Source: a bacterium
GTDB lineage: Bacteria > Patescibacteriota > Minisyncoccia > UBA6257 > JAGOQP01
Length of the DNA: 55,033 nucleotides
Reading direction: 5' to 3'
Assembly (NCBI GenBank): GCA_021780615.1
Contig: JAJXYJ010000020.1
Span: 1 to 55,033 of the forward strand
Under the pieces are notes generated by a model. The model was not told where the DNA came from, searched no databases, and saw nothing but the letters and a program-made list of their open reading frames with translations. Positions within the stretch are counted from its first letter, which is position 1. Each line of letters starts with the position of its first letter. Position numbers and translations under genes: made by a program. This document shows positions 10,135-20,691 of this stretch, piece after piece.

Positions 10135-13100
10135 TTATGCCTCTTCATCTTCTTTATTCACCGGTTCGACCTTGAAACCGAGTGCGTTAATTTCATTCAT
10201 TAACACATTAAATGCTGATGGATTATTTGATGTTTGTATTTTTTCTCCTTTCACAATAGCTTCAAAGGCCGCGGCACGTCCCAATACATCATCTGATTTG
10301 ATAGTAAGCATTTCCTGAAGCGTATGTGCCGCCCCATATCCCTCCAAGGCCCACACTTCCATTTCTCCAAAGCGCTGACCACCAAATTGTGCCTTACCAC
10401 CCAAGGGCTGTTGTGTTACCAACGAATAAGGTCCAATGGAGCGCATATGAATTTTATCTTCAACAAGATGTCCGAGCTTGAGCATATAAATGTAGCCCAC
10501 CGTCACGTCTTGATCGAATTTTTTTCCGGTCTGTCCATCATAGAGCGCCATTTTCGCGTTCTGCGGATACCCTGCCGCCTTTAACTCACGAGAAATGTCT
10601 TCTTCGCTGGCACCCACGAATGCAGGGGTGACCACACGATATCCCAACTTGTGCGCGGCGACTCCCAAATGTGTTTCAAGAATTTGTCCCAAGTTCATAC
10701 GAGATGCCACACCCAGCGGGTTAAGCACGATATCTACTGGTGTACCATCGGCTAAATACGGCATGTCTTCTACGGGACGGATTTTTGAAATAACACCTTT
10801 ATTACCATGACGTCCCGCCATTTTATCCCCCGCCTGTACTTTGCGCAGTTTAGCGACTTCAACCTGAATACGCTTCATCACGCCTGGCTCAAGCTTATCG
10901 CCATGTTCGCGAGAAAATATTTTAATACCCACCACGCGTCCGGATTTGCCGTGCGGCACATAGAGTGATGAATCTTTCACATCACGTGCTTTTTCTCCAA
11001 AAATAGAGCGAAGTAATTTTTCTTCAGCGGTCAATTCCGTTTCTCCTTTGGGAGAAATTTTTCCCACTAAAATATCACCAGCGCGCACTTCGGCGCCAAT
11101 GCGAATAATACCTTCTTCATCAAGATTTCTTAATTTTTCTTCAGATACGTTGGGGATGTCGGAGGTAGTTACCTCAGGACCAAGTTTTGTTTCCCGCACA
11201 TCACATGAAAAATCTTCCACATAAATGGACGTGAAGCGATCCTGTTGCGCCACCCGTTCCGAAAGCACAATAGCATCTTCAAAGTTGCCGCCAAAAAATG
11301 GAATAAAGGCAACCAAAAGATTTTGCCCCAACGCCAATACGCCATGATCGGTCGAAGGGCCATCAGCCAAAACCGTTCCTTTTTTTACCTTTTGTCCCAC
11401 CTCCACAATCGCTTTTTGGTTAATGGTGGTGTATTGGTTTGACCGACGAAACTTATGTAAATCGTATGTTTTTGTATGATGAGTGCCTTTGATGGTAATA
11501 GCTGTCGCATCAACGTGAGATACCACACCATCTTCCTCAGATAAGACCACGCGTCCCGAATCACGAGCAACATCCTCTTCAAAACCAGTTCCTACCAAGG
11601 GCATCTGCGGTTTAATGGACGGCACCGCCTGACGTTGCATGTTTGATCCCATGAGAGCACGGTTTGCATCATCATGTTCAAGAAACGGAATAATGTTACT
11701 GGCGGCACTGATAACCTGCGAAGGCGATACATCCATAAAATCAACTTCTTCGCGAGTACAAATACCCGGCTCTCCATTAATACGCGCCTCAACACTTTCG
11801 TGAATAATTTTTCGATGCGCATCAATTTCAGTTCCTCCTTCGGCAATCTTGTATTTACTTTCTTCGGCGGCATCCATCCATACAATTTCACTGGTTACTA
11901 CACCCTGCTTCACGCGGGCATAGGGAGTTTCCAAAAATCCAAGTCGGTTCACCCGTGCAAAAATAGAAAGGTGGTTAATCAAACCGATGTTTTGACCTTC
12001 GGGAGTTTCAATAGGACAAATACGTCCATAGTGTGACGTGTGCACATCGCGTACTTCAAAACCGGCACGCTCACGAGTCAGTCCGCCAGGGCCAAGTGCC
12101 GAAAGACGACGCTTGTGCTCCAATTCGGCGAGCGGATTAATCTGGTCCATAAACTGCGAAAGCTGTGACGACACCAAAAATTCCCGCACCACAGAAGAGA
12201 GCGGCTTTGGGTTTACTAACTGTAACGGCGTAAGAAGCGCCACATCGGTGGTGGACATGCGGTCCTGAATAATTCTACGCATACGCGCAAATCCCACGCG
12301 CATGCGGCCTTGCAATAATTCTCCCACCGAGCGAATGCGACGATTTGAAAGACTATCAATATCATCAGGAACCGCCCGTTCGTCATTGTTGAGGCGAATA
12401 ATTTCGCGAATAATAAGCTCTATATCCTCACGACGAATAAGCTGGGTATCTACTTTCTTTTGATCAATCTGTAAACGCTGATTTAACTTGTAACGTCCCA
12501 CTTCAGACATACTAAAACGATCAGCGCGCTTGAACATGCCATCAATAAGTCCCTTGGCATTTTCCACGCTTGCCAAATCACCCGGACGCAACCGTTTATA
12601 AATTTCAATGTATGATCCGTCAACATCGCTCACCGTATCTTTCTTAAGGGTGGCGGCGATATATTTTAACGCTCCCGTATCAATGTCAGAAAACGTGCGC
12701 AGAATATCGTCATTTGTTTCCAACCCAAAAACCCGCAACAAATCAGTTGCCGGTGCTTTTCGATGTTTATCAATTTTTACCACAATCGATCCGTCAGGAT
12801 CGGTTTCAAATTCCATCCAGCTACCGCGATCAGGAATAATTTTAGCGCCAAAAAACTTTCGTCCTTTCAGCATCCGCACGGTGAAGTTAACACCTGCCGA
12901 ACGAATAAACTGCGACACTACCACGCGCTCAACACCGTTGATAATAAACGTCCCTCTGCCAGTCATCACCGGATAATCTCCAAGGTATACTTCTTGTTCG
13001 AGCTCTTTTTTAGTCTGCAGGTTTACCAATCGCACACGAGCGCGCAACGCCGCCTCATAAGTGGATACCCGCTGCCACGACTCTTCTTCTGAAAACTTAG

Positions 13101-13302
13101 GTTCATCAAATGAATAATCCAAAAAGTACAACTCATACTCTTTCCCCGTATAATCTTTAATGGGGGAAATTTCTGCAAACAAATCCTTAACGCCCGTCGT
13201 CACAAACCACTTCCATGAATTTAATTGGATTTCTCCCAAGTAGGGACGAGTGGTAAAATCGCCAGGGTGTTTTGAAAACGACTTCACGGGTAACGTATGC
13301 AT
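10135..13302 (-). CDS. rpoB: RNA polymerase beta subunit
   Basis: GRICPIETPEG, GDKMAGRHGNKG, GGQRFGEMEVWALE. Confidence 0.99.
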   Translation of the reverse strand: MHTLPVKSFSKHPGDFTTRPYLGEIQLNSWKWFVTTGVKDLFAEISPIKDYTGKEYELYFLDYSFDEPKFSEEESWQRVSTYEAALRARVRLVNLQTKKELEQEVYLGDYPVMTGRGTFIINGVERVVVSQFIRSAGVNFTVRMLKGRKFFGAKIIPDRGSWMEFETDPDGSIVVKIDKHRKAPATDLLRVFGLETNDDILRTFSDIDTGALKYIAATLKKDTVSDVDGSYIEIYKRLRPGDLASVENAKGLIDGMFKRADRFSMSEVGRYKLNQRLQIDQKKVDTQLIRREDIELIIREIIRLNNDERAVPDDIDSLSNRRIRSVGELLQGRMRVGFARMRRIIQDRMSTTDVALLTPLQLVNPKPLSSVVREFLVSSQLSQFMDQINPLAELEHKRRLSALGPGGLTRERAGFEVRDVHTSHYGRICPIETPEGQNIGLINHLSIFARVNRLGFLETPYARVKQGVVTSEIVWMDAAEESKYKIAEGGTEIDAHRKIIHESVEARINGEPGICTREEVDFMDVSPSQVISAASNIIPFLEHDDANRALMGSNMQRQAVPSIKPQMPLVGTGFEEDVARDSGRVVLSEEDGVVSHVDATAITIKGTHHTKTYDLHKFRRSNQYTTINQKAIVEVGQKVKKGTVLADGPSTDHGVLALGQNLLVAFIPFFGGNFEDAIVLSERVAQQDRFTSIYVEDFSCDVRETKLGPEVTTSDIPNVSEEKLRNLDEEGIIRIGAEVRAGDILVGKISPKGETELTAEEKLLRSIFGEKARDVKDSSLYVPHGKSGRVVGIKIFSREHGDKLEPGVMKRIQVEVAKLRKVQAGDKMAGRHGNKGVISKIRPVEDMPYLADGTPVDIVLNPLGVASRMNLGQILETHLGVAAHKLGYRVVTPAFVGASEEDISRELKAAGYPQNAKMALYDGQTGKKFDQDVTVGYIYMLKLGHLVEDKIHMRSIGPYSLVTQQPLGGKAQFGGQRFGEMEVWALEGYGAAHTLQEMLTIKSDDVLGRAAAFEAIVKGEKIQTSNNPSAFNVLMNEINALGFKVEPVNKEDEEA

Positions 13303-13329
13303 GGTGATATGAATATATTACAAACAAAA

Positions 13330-13365
13330 GAAGCGACTCCTCCGCGCCAAAGGAGTATATGCTTC
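13330..13365 (-). promoter_or_regulatory. attenuator/terminator-like hairpin in the rpoB leader
   Basis: GAAGC..ACTCCT/AGGAGT..GCTTC stem followed by a U-rich tract on the minus strand, just before the rpoB ATG. Confidence 0.45.
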
Positions 13366-13514
13366 CTCTTTAATTTGTGAGTGAATTACTAATAATAGTG
13401 AAAATGGTGACCACTTATTTTTTATGATAGTGTCAAGCCCTTCACGCGCCAGCAGAAAAACGTCTTTTACCGTTTTCTAAAAGCTTTTTGAAAAACCGTA
13501 TGAAGTTGACAATC

Positions 13515-13543
13515 ATTATTGCACAAACAAAAAAACGTGTCAA
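13515..13543 (-). promoter_or_regulatory. putative sigma70 promoter for rpoBC
   Basis: minus strand TTGACA-17 nt-AATAAT with TG extension. Confidence 0.55.
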
Positions 13544-13613
13544 CCCTACCATACATACCCACGTTGTCTATGTATCCTGACGTTCCCAATAAAACAAAAC
13601 ACAGAAAAAAGCG

Positions 13614-14609
13614 TTATATCCCCACGTGCACCTGACTGGCGATATGTTCATTAAAGGTGGCGCTAAATATCGTTTTCTTTGTGGTCGGATCAGTTAAATA
13701 AAACCAGTATGAGGATGCAAGCGGACTTAAAGCCGCTCGTATTGAATCAAGCGTCGGATTATCGATGGCGTGCGGCGGCAATCCTTTGTGGAGATAGGTA
13801 TTGAAGGGAGTGTCCCGTTTAAAATCAGACGCACGCAATGACGGACAATCAAGAAATGTCCCGCCGCACGCTCCATATAAAACCGATGCATCTATTTGTA
13901 GCGGCATGCCCGCATCAAGGCGTTTTTGAATAATACCCGCCACCAACTGCTTATCTTTAAAATCAATGACTTCTTTTTCCAAAAGAGATGCGACAATAAT
14001 AGTGCGTTGTACGTCGGATGCGGAAGTTCCCTGCCACAAATTTTTTGTACGTGCGACAAAATTATCCAACAACGTCGTCACCACATCTGCCGGTTTTGAA
14101 TCAGGAGCAAAGCGGTATGTATCGGGCATAAAAAATCCTTCAAAACTGGTAACACCCTTTAAAAAAGGGTACGCATCAACAAACGTCCCTGGCGACAACG
14201 CCTCAAGCGATCCAGCCGGAATAATGCCCTCGCGCGACAAGCGTTGATCAATTTCGATAAGCGTCATACCGGGAGCGATAGTCACGGCAACATCCTGCGG
14301 CCCTTGCGCAAGTTCATGAGCCACAGCCCACACAGGCTGAGGGGCAAGCACATACGTCCCCGGCTTAAAATCACCATACATACCGGACCATGCCGCATAC
14401 ATCGTGAATGCCATGGAAAATCCTATGAGGTGATCATCAGCAAGACGGCTGGCGATGTGGGTGACACTTTCTCCAGGAGCGATGCGAAATGACTGAGCCT
14501 GCCCTGCGGGCGGTACGCGAAAAAGAAATGCCAATCCACCCACAACCAAAGAAACGAGTACAATAAAAAGCATCCCGTACCGTATTAAAAACGATTTATC
14601 TTTTTGCAT
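13614..14609 (-). CDS. mltG: endolytic transglycosylase MltG (YceG family)
   Basis: N-terminal TM, EGFFMPDTY, ASLLEKE catalytic Glu, MPLQIDA, FNTY..GLPP..I.NP. Confidence 0.92.
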   Translation of the reverse strand: MQKDKSFLIRYGMLFIVLVSLVVGGLAFLFRVPPAGQAQSFRIAPGESVTHIASRLADDHLIGFSMAFTMYAAWSGMYGDFKPGTYVLAPQPVWAVAHELAQGPQDVAVTIAPGMTLIEIDQRLSREGIIPAGSLEALSPGTFVDAYPFLKGVTSFEGFFMPDTYRFAPDSKPADVVTTLLDNFVARTKNLWQGTSASDVQRTIIVASLLEKEVIDFKDKQLVAGIIQKRLDAGMPLQIDASVLYGACGGTFLDCPSLRASDFKRDTPFNTYLHKGLPPHAIDNPTLDSIRAALSPLASSYWFYLTDPTTKKTIFSATFNEHIASQVHVGI

Positions 14610-15666
14610 ACAGCGATTGCACGATGCCCACCAAAATAAGATTAATAATCATACTCGATCCTCCATAACTCACGAAAGGAAACGTAACGCCAACCACCGG
14701 AAATAATCCAAGATTTGATCCGACATTAAATACAAATTGTGTCACAAAGAAAATTGCCGTCCCTAAACACACTAGCTTGCCAAAGTTTGTATCCAGAAGG
14801 TACCCCATTTTTAAAAGTCGTAAAATCATCCACAAAAATCCCCCCAGTAATATAATAACGGCAAACATTCCTCCCTCCTGAGCAATAGCCGAAAAAATGA
14901 AGTCTGTCTGCGCTTCAGGTAAAAACCCCAATTGTACCTGCGTCCCCTGCCCAAATCCTTCGCCGAAAATGCCACCGCTTCCAATGGCGATTTTTGCCTG
15001 AATAACATTGTAACTAATTCCTAATGGATCTTGTTGAGGTTGAAAAAGTCCCACAATTCTATCTTTCTGGTAAGGCTTGAGCACTGATGTCCACATAAAG
15101 AAAAGAAGGAGCATAAAAGCACCGATGGTTATGGCAAGTTTCCGCATCGGAATACCGGACACCAAAATAAACCCAAACCAAATGCCAAATAAAATGAGTG
15201 CCGATCCCATATCAGGAAGCAACGCAATGAGTATGCCCGGAATTGCCACGTACATAAAAGAGGTGAGTACTGTTTTCCAGCGAGCAATGCCAATGTGTTG
15301 CTTTGAAAAAAAGAACGCAAGCATGAGCACGAGCAACAACTTTGCAATTTCAGAAGGCTCAAATTGAAACGGTCCAATGAGAATCCATGAACGATTACCA
15401 TTAATATTGGGCGCAATAAATCGCGTCACTACCAACAATCCCAAAAGACCAACATAGAGCACATTAAGAACTCCTCGGTGACTGAAAAATGATCGCAGGT
15501 CAATAACCACAAGAAAAGAAAAGAAAAGAGTGCCAATACCAATCCACATGAGTTGCCTCCAGAATAAATCACGGTGAGAGCTCAACAAGCTTACCAATCC
15601 GATAGCCATCAACATGCCCACCGCACCCTGCAATTTCCAATCTATTTTTTTAAAGGCATCAAACAT
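14596..15666 (-). CDS. rodA: SEDS peptidoglycan polymerase RodA
   Basis: RSWI..GPFQFEPSE, PDMG, IAIGSGG, FLPEAQTDFIF, PFVSYGGSS. Confidence 0.88.
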   Translation of the reverse strand: MFDAFKKIDWKLQGAVGMLMAIGLVSLLSSHRDLFWRQLMWIGIGTLFFSFLVVIDLRSFFSHRGVLNVLYVGLLGLLVVTRFIAPNINGNRSWILIGPFQFEPSEIAKLLLVLMLAFFFSKQHIGIARWKTVLTSFMYVAIPGILIALLPDMGSALILFGIWFGFILVSGIPMRKLAITIGAFMLLLFFMWTSVLKPYQKDRIVGLFQPQQDPLGISYNVIQAKIAIGSGGIFGEGFGQGTQVQLGFLPEAQTDFIFSAIAQEGGMFAVIILLGGFLWMILRLLKMGYLLDTNFGKLVCLGTAIFFVTQFVFNVGSNLGLFPVVGVTFPFVSYGGSSMIINLILVGIVQSLYAKR

Positions 15667-15713
15667 ATAAAAGAAATCCTACTATATGAACGGTAAAGAT
15701 AAATACCTTGTAG

Positions 15714-16898
15714 TTACAAACTTAATGTTCCATCTGCTACAAGAGGAAGTTTTTTACCGTGCGTAGTATGGCGCACATATGCCGCCAATGCAATCATTGC
15801 CGCATTGTCTTGGCAATATCGTAATGGCGGAATTTGTAGAGACGCAGTATTTTTACCCGACACCAACGTATGACGCAATGTGCGCGCCAACATTTTATTT
15901 GCCGCCACACCTCCACCAATTACTAATGTATGCACACTATATGCCTCCATCGCTCGCGCAGTTTTTATCGCCAATGCCGCGAATGCCGCGTGTTGAAACG
16001 ATGCCGCCACATCAGCTTTCAGCACATCTGCATTTTTAATTTTTTCAAGTGTGTGATGATCGCGAGTAGCCATCGAAAAATTCTGGGCCAAAGATCCCTG
16101 CTTTTTTAAATAATAAAGAACGGCAGTCTTAAGCCCCGCATAACTAAAATTATAATTTTTTTGATGCAACATCGGCGAAGGAAACGGTATCGCCAGTGGA
16201 TTTCCTTTTTTTGCCCATTGTTCCACCAACGGCCCCCCGGGATACGGAAGATCCAGCAGGCGAGCAACTTTATCAAACGACTCTCCCACCGCATCATCAA
16301 GCGTTTCTCCCAACTTTTTATATGACCCCATACCATCCATGCGCGCCAGGATGGTATGTCCTCCGCTCACCACCAGCGCAATAGCGGGAAAGAAATTGTT
16401 TTCTTGCACTCCTTTTGAAGCCGCATCTTTCTTCTCATTCAAAATTCGAAATTCGAAATTCGAAGGTACGGCTTTCTTTGAAAAAAGAAAACTGTATAGG
16501 TGTCCCTCCAAATGATTCGCTCCCACTAACGGCACTTTCTTATTAAAATAATGTTCGTGCAAGTCCTGAGCAAACTGGATGCCAGTCCACAACGCCGGTT
16601 CAAGCCCCGGTCCCACCGTCACCGCCAAAAGATCAATATCCTTTTTTGCCACCGCAGAAATTTTTTTCATCTGATTCCATAAAACAGGAAGGTTTTTGAT
16701 GTGCTCCCGCTTGGCAAGATTAGGTACCACGCCCCCAAACGGCGCGTGAATCGCTATCTGCGACGCAACCAGGTTTTTTACCACTCGGACCGCAGGAAGT
16801 CGGCCACGTTCGTCGCGCACCTCAATAAGCGCAATGGACGATTCATCACAGCTGGTTTCAACGGCAAGTATGCGCACTGGTTTTTTCTTATCCGGCAT
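15714..16898 (-). CDS. tsaD: tRNA N6-threonylcarbamoyltransferase TsaD
   Basis: ETSCDE, GGVVP, NHLEGH, VSGGHT, DDAVGESFDK, DNAAMI. Confidence 0.96.
   Translation of the reverse strand: MPDKKKPVRILAVETSCDESSIALIEVRDERGRLPAVRVVKNLVASQIAIHAPFGGVVPNLAKREHIKNLPVLWNQMKKISAVAKKDIDLLAVTVGPGLEPALWTGIQFAQDLHEHYFNKKVPLVGANHLEGHLYSFLFSKKAVPSNFEFRILNEKKDAASKGVQENNFFPAIALVVSGGHTILARMDGMGSYKKLGETLDDAVGESFDKVARLLDLPYPGGPLVEQWAKKGNPLAIPFPSPMLHQKNYNFSYAGLKTAVLYYLKKQGSLAQNFSMATRDHHTLEKIKNADVLKADVAASFQHAAFAALAIKTARAMEAYSVHTLVIGGGVAANKMLARTLRHTLVSGKNTASLQIPPLRYCQDNAAMIALAAYVRHTTHGKKLPLVADGTLSL
16442..16462. repeat. (AAATTCG)3 tandem heptamer inside tsaD
   Basis: aaattcg-aaattcg-aaattcg, translated as SNFEFRI. 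Confidence 0.9.
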
Positions 16899-16977
16899 AT
16901 ACGCAAGAGTATACGGGCAGAAGATATAAAAATCAAAAAAATAGTCTACCTAGTAATAGATAGACTAAAAAGACTTT

Positions 16978-17406
16978 TTAGTGAGGATGGGATGACTTCC
17001 ACACATAATTCCTCCGACAAAAATATTCATCGCCGGCGGAATCCCTAACAACAATATATCTCTGTTCCTTTCGGATAAAAACCCCTTTTATTTTTGATCC
17101 ATTCCACAAGGCTCCCACCACATCTCCCTTTTTTGGAATTTTAAGCCATCTCATAGACTTCCTTCTAAAAAAGAACGCACACAACATGGCAACCAACACA
17201 TGTGCGTACGTCAGAGAAAATGAAATAGAAACAAAGGAATAAATCCAACCTGTTACAATGGAAAAGATCATGGAACATAAAAATATTCCATTGAACAAGG
17301 TTAATGACCTATTATTTACAATATGAGACGAAACTTTTTGCTCTCGAATGTAATATTCAAAAGCAATAATAAAAGATAATAATAGAAAAAAAGCATACAA
17401 AAACAT
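16978..17406 (-). CDS. AT-rich hypothetical membrane protein
   Basis: about 142-aa ORF with 3 hydrophobic segments and a basic C-terminal domain; GGAGG upstream; own promoter. Confidence 0.7.
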   Translation of the reverse strand: MFLYAFFLLLSFIIAFEYYIREQKVSSHIVNNRSLTLFNGIFLCSMIFSIVTGWIYSFVSISFSLTYAHVLVAMLCAFFFRRKSMRWLKIPKKGDVVGALWNGSKIKGVFIRKEQRYIVVRDSAGDEYFCRRNYVWKSSHPH

Positions 17407-17448
17407 GATCCCTCCCAAATAATTTTTTATAACGTGCTATGAAAAGAT

Positions 17449-17477
17449 AGAATATACCGAAATATAGATACTGTCAA
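17449..17477 (-). promoter_or_regulatory. putative sigma70 promoter of the orphan gene
   Basis: TTGACA-17 nt-TATTCT on the minus strand. Confidence 0.6.
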
Positions 17478-17497
17478 TTGACCATATCCGCACGCGC

Positions 17498-18256
17498 CTA
17501 TTGTTGGCCGCCATATATCTGATTGGCAGGAATCGTCTGCACCGACGATGTCGCCAGCACACCGTGCATTTCCTCAAGTACTGTTTTAATAAAGGCCGTA
17601 CCATCGTTATTTTCCTCCTGAACTTCCTTGCGAATAACCACGAGGTTCCCCTGCTCCCAGCGCAGTGTTTCGTCATGGTAGCACGCGCCGGCACATCCGT
17701 CAGAGGCATATGAATCGATAGTCCGTGCCGATGCATTGAAGGCGGGATTAAGCAAATGGCCGAGTGCCGCATTATACACAAAAGTTTTACTCGCCGGATT
17801 ATACAGCCAAAAACTATACCGCGCATTGCTGATGCCCAAAAACGATTGGATTTGTATATCGCGATATCCGTCAAAATTCGCATCAGGAGTCGTTATAAAG
17901 CCGAGCGGATTACTCGTATCAGTCCACACAAAATCAAACCCCGAAAGCACCTGGAATGGCGACGATGACGTCCCGTGCGAAAGCTCAATGCAGGTAAGCC
18001 AATTATCGGGAAGCGCGCCATCTTTTTGTTGTTGCTTTGTTGAAAAAAACCGCGCAGTCACATCGCCCGCACCGGCTCCAGGTAAAAAGGTATACGAAGA
18101 AAACTCAATGCTGCCATGGCACGAAGAAGCCGGCATCGATGGCGCGGGCGGCGACACGATTGCCGGAGCTGATGATTTATAATGCAGCGTCACATACATC
18201 ACGCCCGCAAAAGCGGCGATGAGAACGCACACCATAATCATGCGACGCGTATTCAT
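17498..18256 (-). CDS. membrane-anchored exported protein with a DxNFDGxxD Ca-binding loop (XAC2610-like)
   Basis: N-terminal TM, Pro-rich linker, DANFDGYRDI, WLYNP...F, GCAGAC. Confidence 0.65.
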   Translation of the reverse strand: MNTRRMIMVCVLIAAFAGVMYVTLHYKSSAPAIVSPPAPSMPASSCHGSIEFSSYTFLPGAGAGDVTARFFSTKQQQKDGALPDNWLTCIELSHGTSSSPFQVLSGFDFVWTDTSNPLGFITTPDANFDGYRDIQIQSFLGISNARYSFWLYNPASKTFVYNAALGHLLNPAFNASARTIDSYASDGCAGACYHDETLRWEQGNLVVIRKEVQEENNDGTAFIKTVLEEMHGVLATSSVQTIPANQIYGGQQ

Positions 18257-18364
18257 ATACACCAGTATACTCTGATGCGACGGGGGCACACAATCACACA
18301 ATTAAAACAAACGTCCGTAAGATTGGTGGCATGCGCGTGTATAACAAGCTATACTGTGATGCAT

Positions 18365-20002
18365 ATGGATACATACAATGATCTTGCCGGACTTTTGGAA
18401 GGAGATGTGGCGTCGGACACGGAAACCTTGCGCAGCGCAAGTCGTGACGCAAGCATTTTCACCGTTTCCCCTTCCCTGGTTATTTTTCCCAAAAATGTAA
18501 GCGATGTACAAAAACTTGTTTCATACGTTGCTCAAAAAAAAGCGGCTGGACACGACGTATCGCTTACCGCGCGCAGCGCGGGAACAGATATGGGAGGCGG
18601 ACCGCTCAGCACCTCCATCGTTGTTTCATTCACAAAATATTTTAACCGCATCATAGACATAGGATCCGGTACTGCCACCGTACAACCAGGAGTATTTTAT
18701 CGCGACTTTGAAAAAGCGACGCTTGCCAAAGAACTGCTATTGCCCAGCTATACGGCATCAAAAGATTTGTGCACCGTGGGAGGCATGGTTGCCAACAATT
18801 CGGGCGGCGAAAAAACATTGCGCTACGGCAAAACAGAACAATACATCAAACAACTCAAAATGGTCTTATGGGACGGTAACGAATACGTTTTTAAGCCACT
18901 TTCAGCAACCGAACTCGAAGAAAAGAAAAAACTACAAACAGCCGAAGGAGATGTGTATAGGAAATTGTCCGCACTCATCGAGGAACACGACAGCGAACTA
19001 CAGGCGGCAAAGCCGCGCGTATCAAAAAACTCTGCAGGCTATTACCTCTGGAATGTGCACGATAAAAAAACGGACACATTTGATATCACCAAAGTCATCG
19101 TCGGATCCCAAGGCACATTCGGGCTCATAACCGAAATTACCTTCGCGCTCATTAAACCAAAGAAATATCGCCACATGGTTGTCACGTATCTCAACGATAT
19201 GGAAAAACTTCCCACTATCGTCCAAAAAGTGCTCGCGCACGACCCCGAAAGCTTCGAATCATTCGATGATCACACCTTCCACATTGCCATGAAATTCTTG
19301 CCCCAAGTATTGGGCAAATTGAAGGGCAATATATTTACCATGGCATGGGGGCTCTTGCCGGAAGTATGGATGATGCTGACAGGCGGCATTCCCAAATTGC
19401 TGTTGATGGCGGAATTCACCGGCGACACCGACAGCGAGGCACATGCCACCGCTCAAGCCGCATATAACGAACTTAAAAAAGAAGGATACAAAGTAAAAAT
19501 GACATCGCTTGAAGAAGAAAAGGAATACTGGGTATTTCGACGAGAGAGTTTCAATTTGTTGCGCCAGCGCATCAAAAATTTGCACACCGCGCCGTTCATC
19601 GACGACTTCATCGTGCGCCCCGAAACGCTTCCCGAATTTCTCCCCAAGCTGTATGCAATTTTGGACCAATATCACATCGTCTACACCGTGGCAGGCCACA
19701 TCGGTGACGGCAACTTCCACATTATTCCGCTCATGAAATTTTCAGATCCTAACACAAAAAAAATCATTACCGAACTTTCACAAAAAGTATACGAACTTAT
19801 TGTGCAGTACAAAGGATCCATCACCGCCGAACACAACGACGGCCTCATCCGCAGTCCGTTCCTTGAGTTGATGTATGGCAAAAATATTTGTGCGCTGTTT
19901 GAACAAACTAAAGACATATTCGATCCGCAAGGCCTCTTTAACCCGGGCAAAAAAGTACACGCCAGCATGCAGTACGCACTCGATCACATTAACCATGACT
20001 AA
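18365..20002 (+). CDS. FAD-linked oxidoreductase (GlcD / D-lactate dehydrogenase family)
   Basis: ARSAGT, CTVGGMVANNSGG, GSQGTFG, AGHIGDGNFH, AEHNDG, FDPQGLFNPGK. Confidence 0.9.
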   Translation: MDTYNDLAGLLEGDVASDTETLRSASRDASIFTVSPSLVIFPKNVSDVQKLVSYVAQKKAAGHDVSLTARSAGTDMGGGPLSTSIVVSFTKYFNRIIDIGSGTATVQPGVFYRDFEKATLAKELLLPSYTASKDLCTVGGMVANNSGGEKTLRYGKTEQYIKQLKMVLWDGNEYVFKPLSATELEEKKKLQTAEGDVYRKLSALIEEHDSELQAAKPRVSKNSAGYYLWNVHDKKTDTFDITKVIVGSQGTFGLITEITFALIKPKKYRHMVVTYLNDMEKLPTIVQKVLAHDPESFESFDDHTFHIAMKFLPQVLGKLKGNIFTMAWGLLPEVWMMLTGGIPKLLLMAEFTGDTDSEAHATAQAAYNELKKEGYKVKMTSLEEEKEYWVFRRESFNLLRQRIKNLHTAPFIDDFIVRPETLPEFLPKLYAILDQYHIVYTVAGHIGDGNFHIIPLMKFSDPNTKKIITELSQKVYELIVQYKGSITAEHNDGLIRSPFLELMYGKNICALFEQTKDIFDPQGLFNPGKKVHASMQYALDHINHD

Positions 20003-20012
20003 AATAAATAAC

Positions 20013-20041
20013 ATAGCCCTCGTAATAGTTACGAGGGCTAT
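20013..20041. terminator. hairpin between convergent genes
   Basis: ATAGCCCTCGTAA-tag-TTACGAGGGCTAT. Confidence 0.7.
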
Positions 20042-20064
20042 AAAAATTTCCAATCTATCGACTA

Positions 20065-20649
20065 CTAAAAAAAAGAAAAAAGAAAAAAATTTTCCCCTAT
20101 ATGACTATTGAAGTTAATCGTATCAAAATCCCAATAACCAAGTGATTCGTACGATCTTAAGTATATACCTGGAATTTGAGGGCTATGTGAGAAAATAGTT
20201 TCTATAGGAAGAGCCTCTTTTTTATCAAAAGAAAGAAGATATGCATCCAAAGGAAACACTGATTGATTCTTTTCAAAAAGAAGAGAAAGTCCCTGCGAAC
20301 CAACCAAGACCGCATTTTCTGACTTTAAAAAATTAAGGCAATTCTCTGAAGTTGTAGCTTTAAGAATTTGGTAAATTCTTACCACATATGTTTTTCCTGG
20401 AATGAGCTTGTGAGTCACCCGAGCAAAGTTATTATCCGTAATAATACTATTATAATAACTACACTTAGCATCACACAACTCCGAAAATCTTTTTAATTGA
20501 ACCTCATGTTTATAACTATTTGGAATAGTTATATTAAATTCCTTTATACATCTAAATTTGCTAGAAAGAATCGTCCTCCTAACAACTACATATATAATTA
20601 GAATTATAAAAACAGAAAAACTAAAGAGAAAAACGTTTAGCCATATCAT
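20065..20649 (-). CDS. AT-rich hypothetical protein with N-terminal TM
   Basis: 194-aa ORF, AAGGA upstream, own promoter. Confidence 0.7.
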   Translation of the reverse strand: MIWLNVFLFSFSVFIILIIYVVVRRTILSSKFRCIKEFNITIPNSYKHEVQLKRFSELCDAKCSYYNSIITDNNFARVTHKLIPGKTYVVRIYQILKATTSENCLNFLKSENAVLVGSQGLSLLFEKNQSVFPLDAYLLSFDKKEALPIETIFSHSPQIPGIYLRSYESLGYWDFDTINFNSHIGENFFLFSFF

Positions 20650-20691
20650 TGTGCTTTCCTTTCATTATAAATTTTAAAATTTCTAAAATAA

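Noticed and set aside
6458-13302. Inteins, introns or frameshifts in rpoBC
   Set aside because: Both ORFs are continuous and compact, with no intein motifs noticed.
18182-18364. N-terminal extension of the FAD oxidoreductase in the ORF track (similar extensions on efp, secD, grx, dsbA and smpB)
   Set aside because: The extensions overlap divergent genes or repeat tracts, and downstream ATGs fit family N-termini and nearby -10 boxes.
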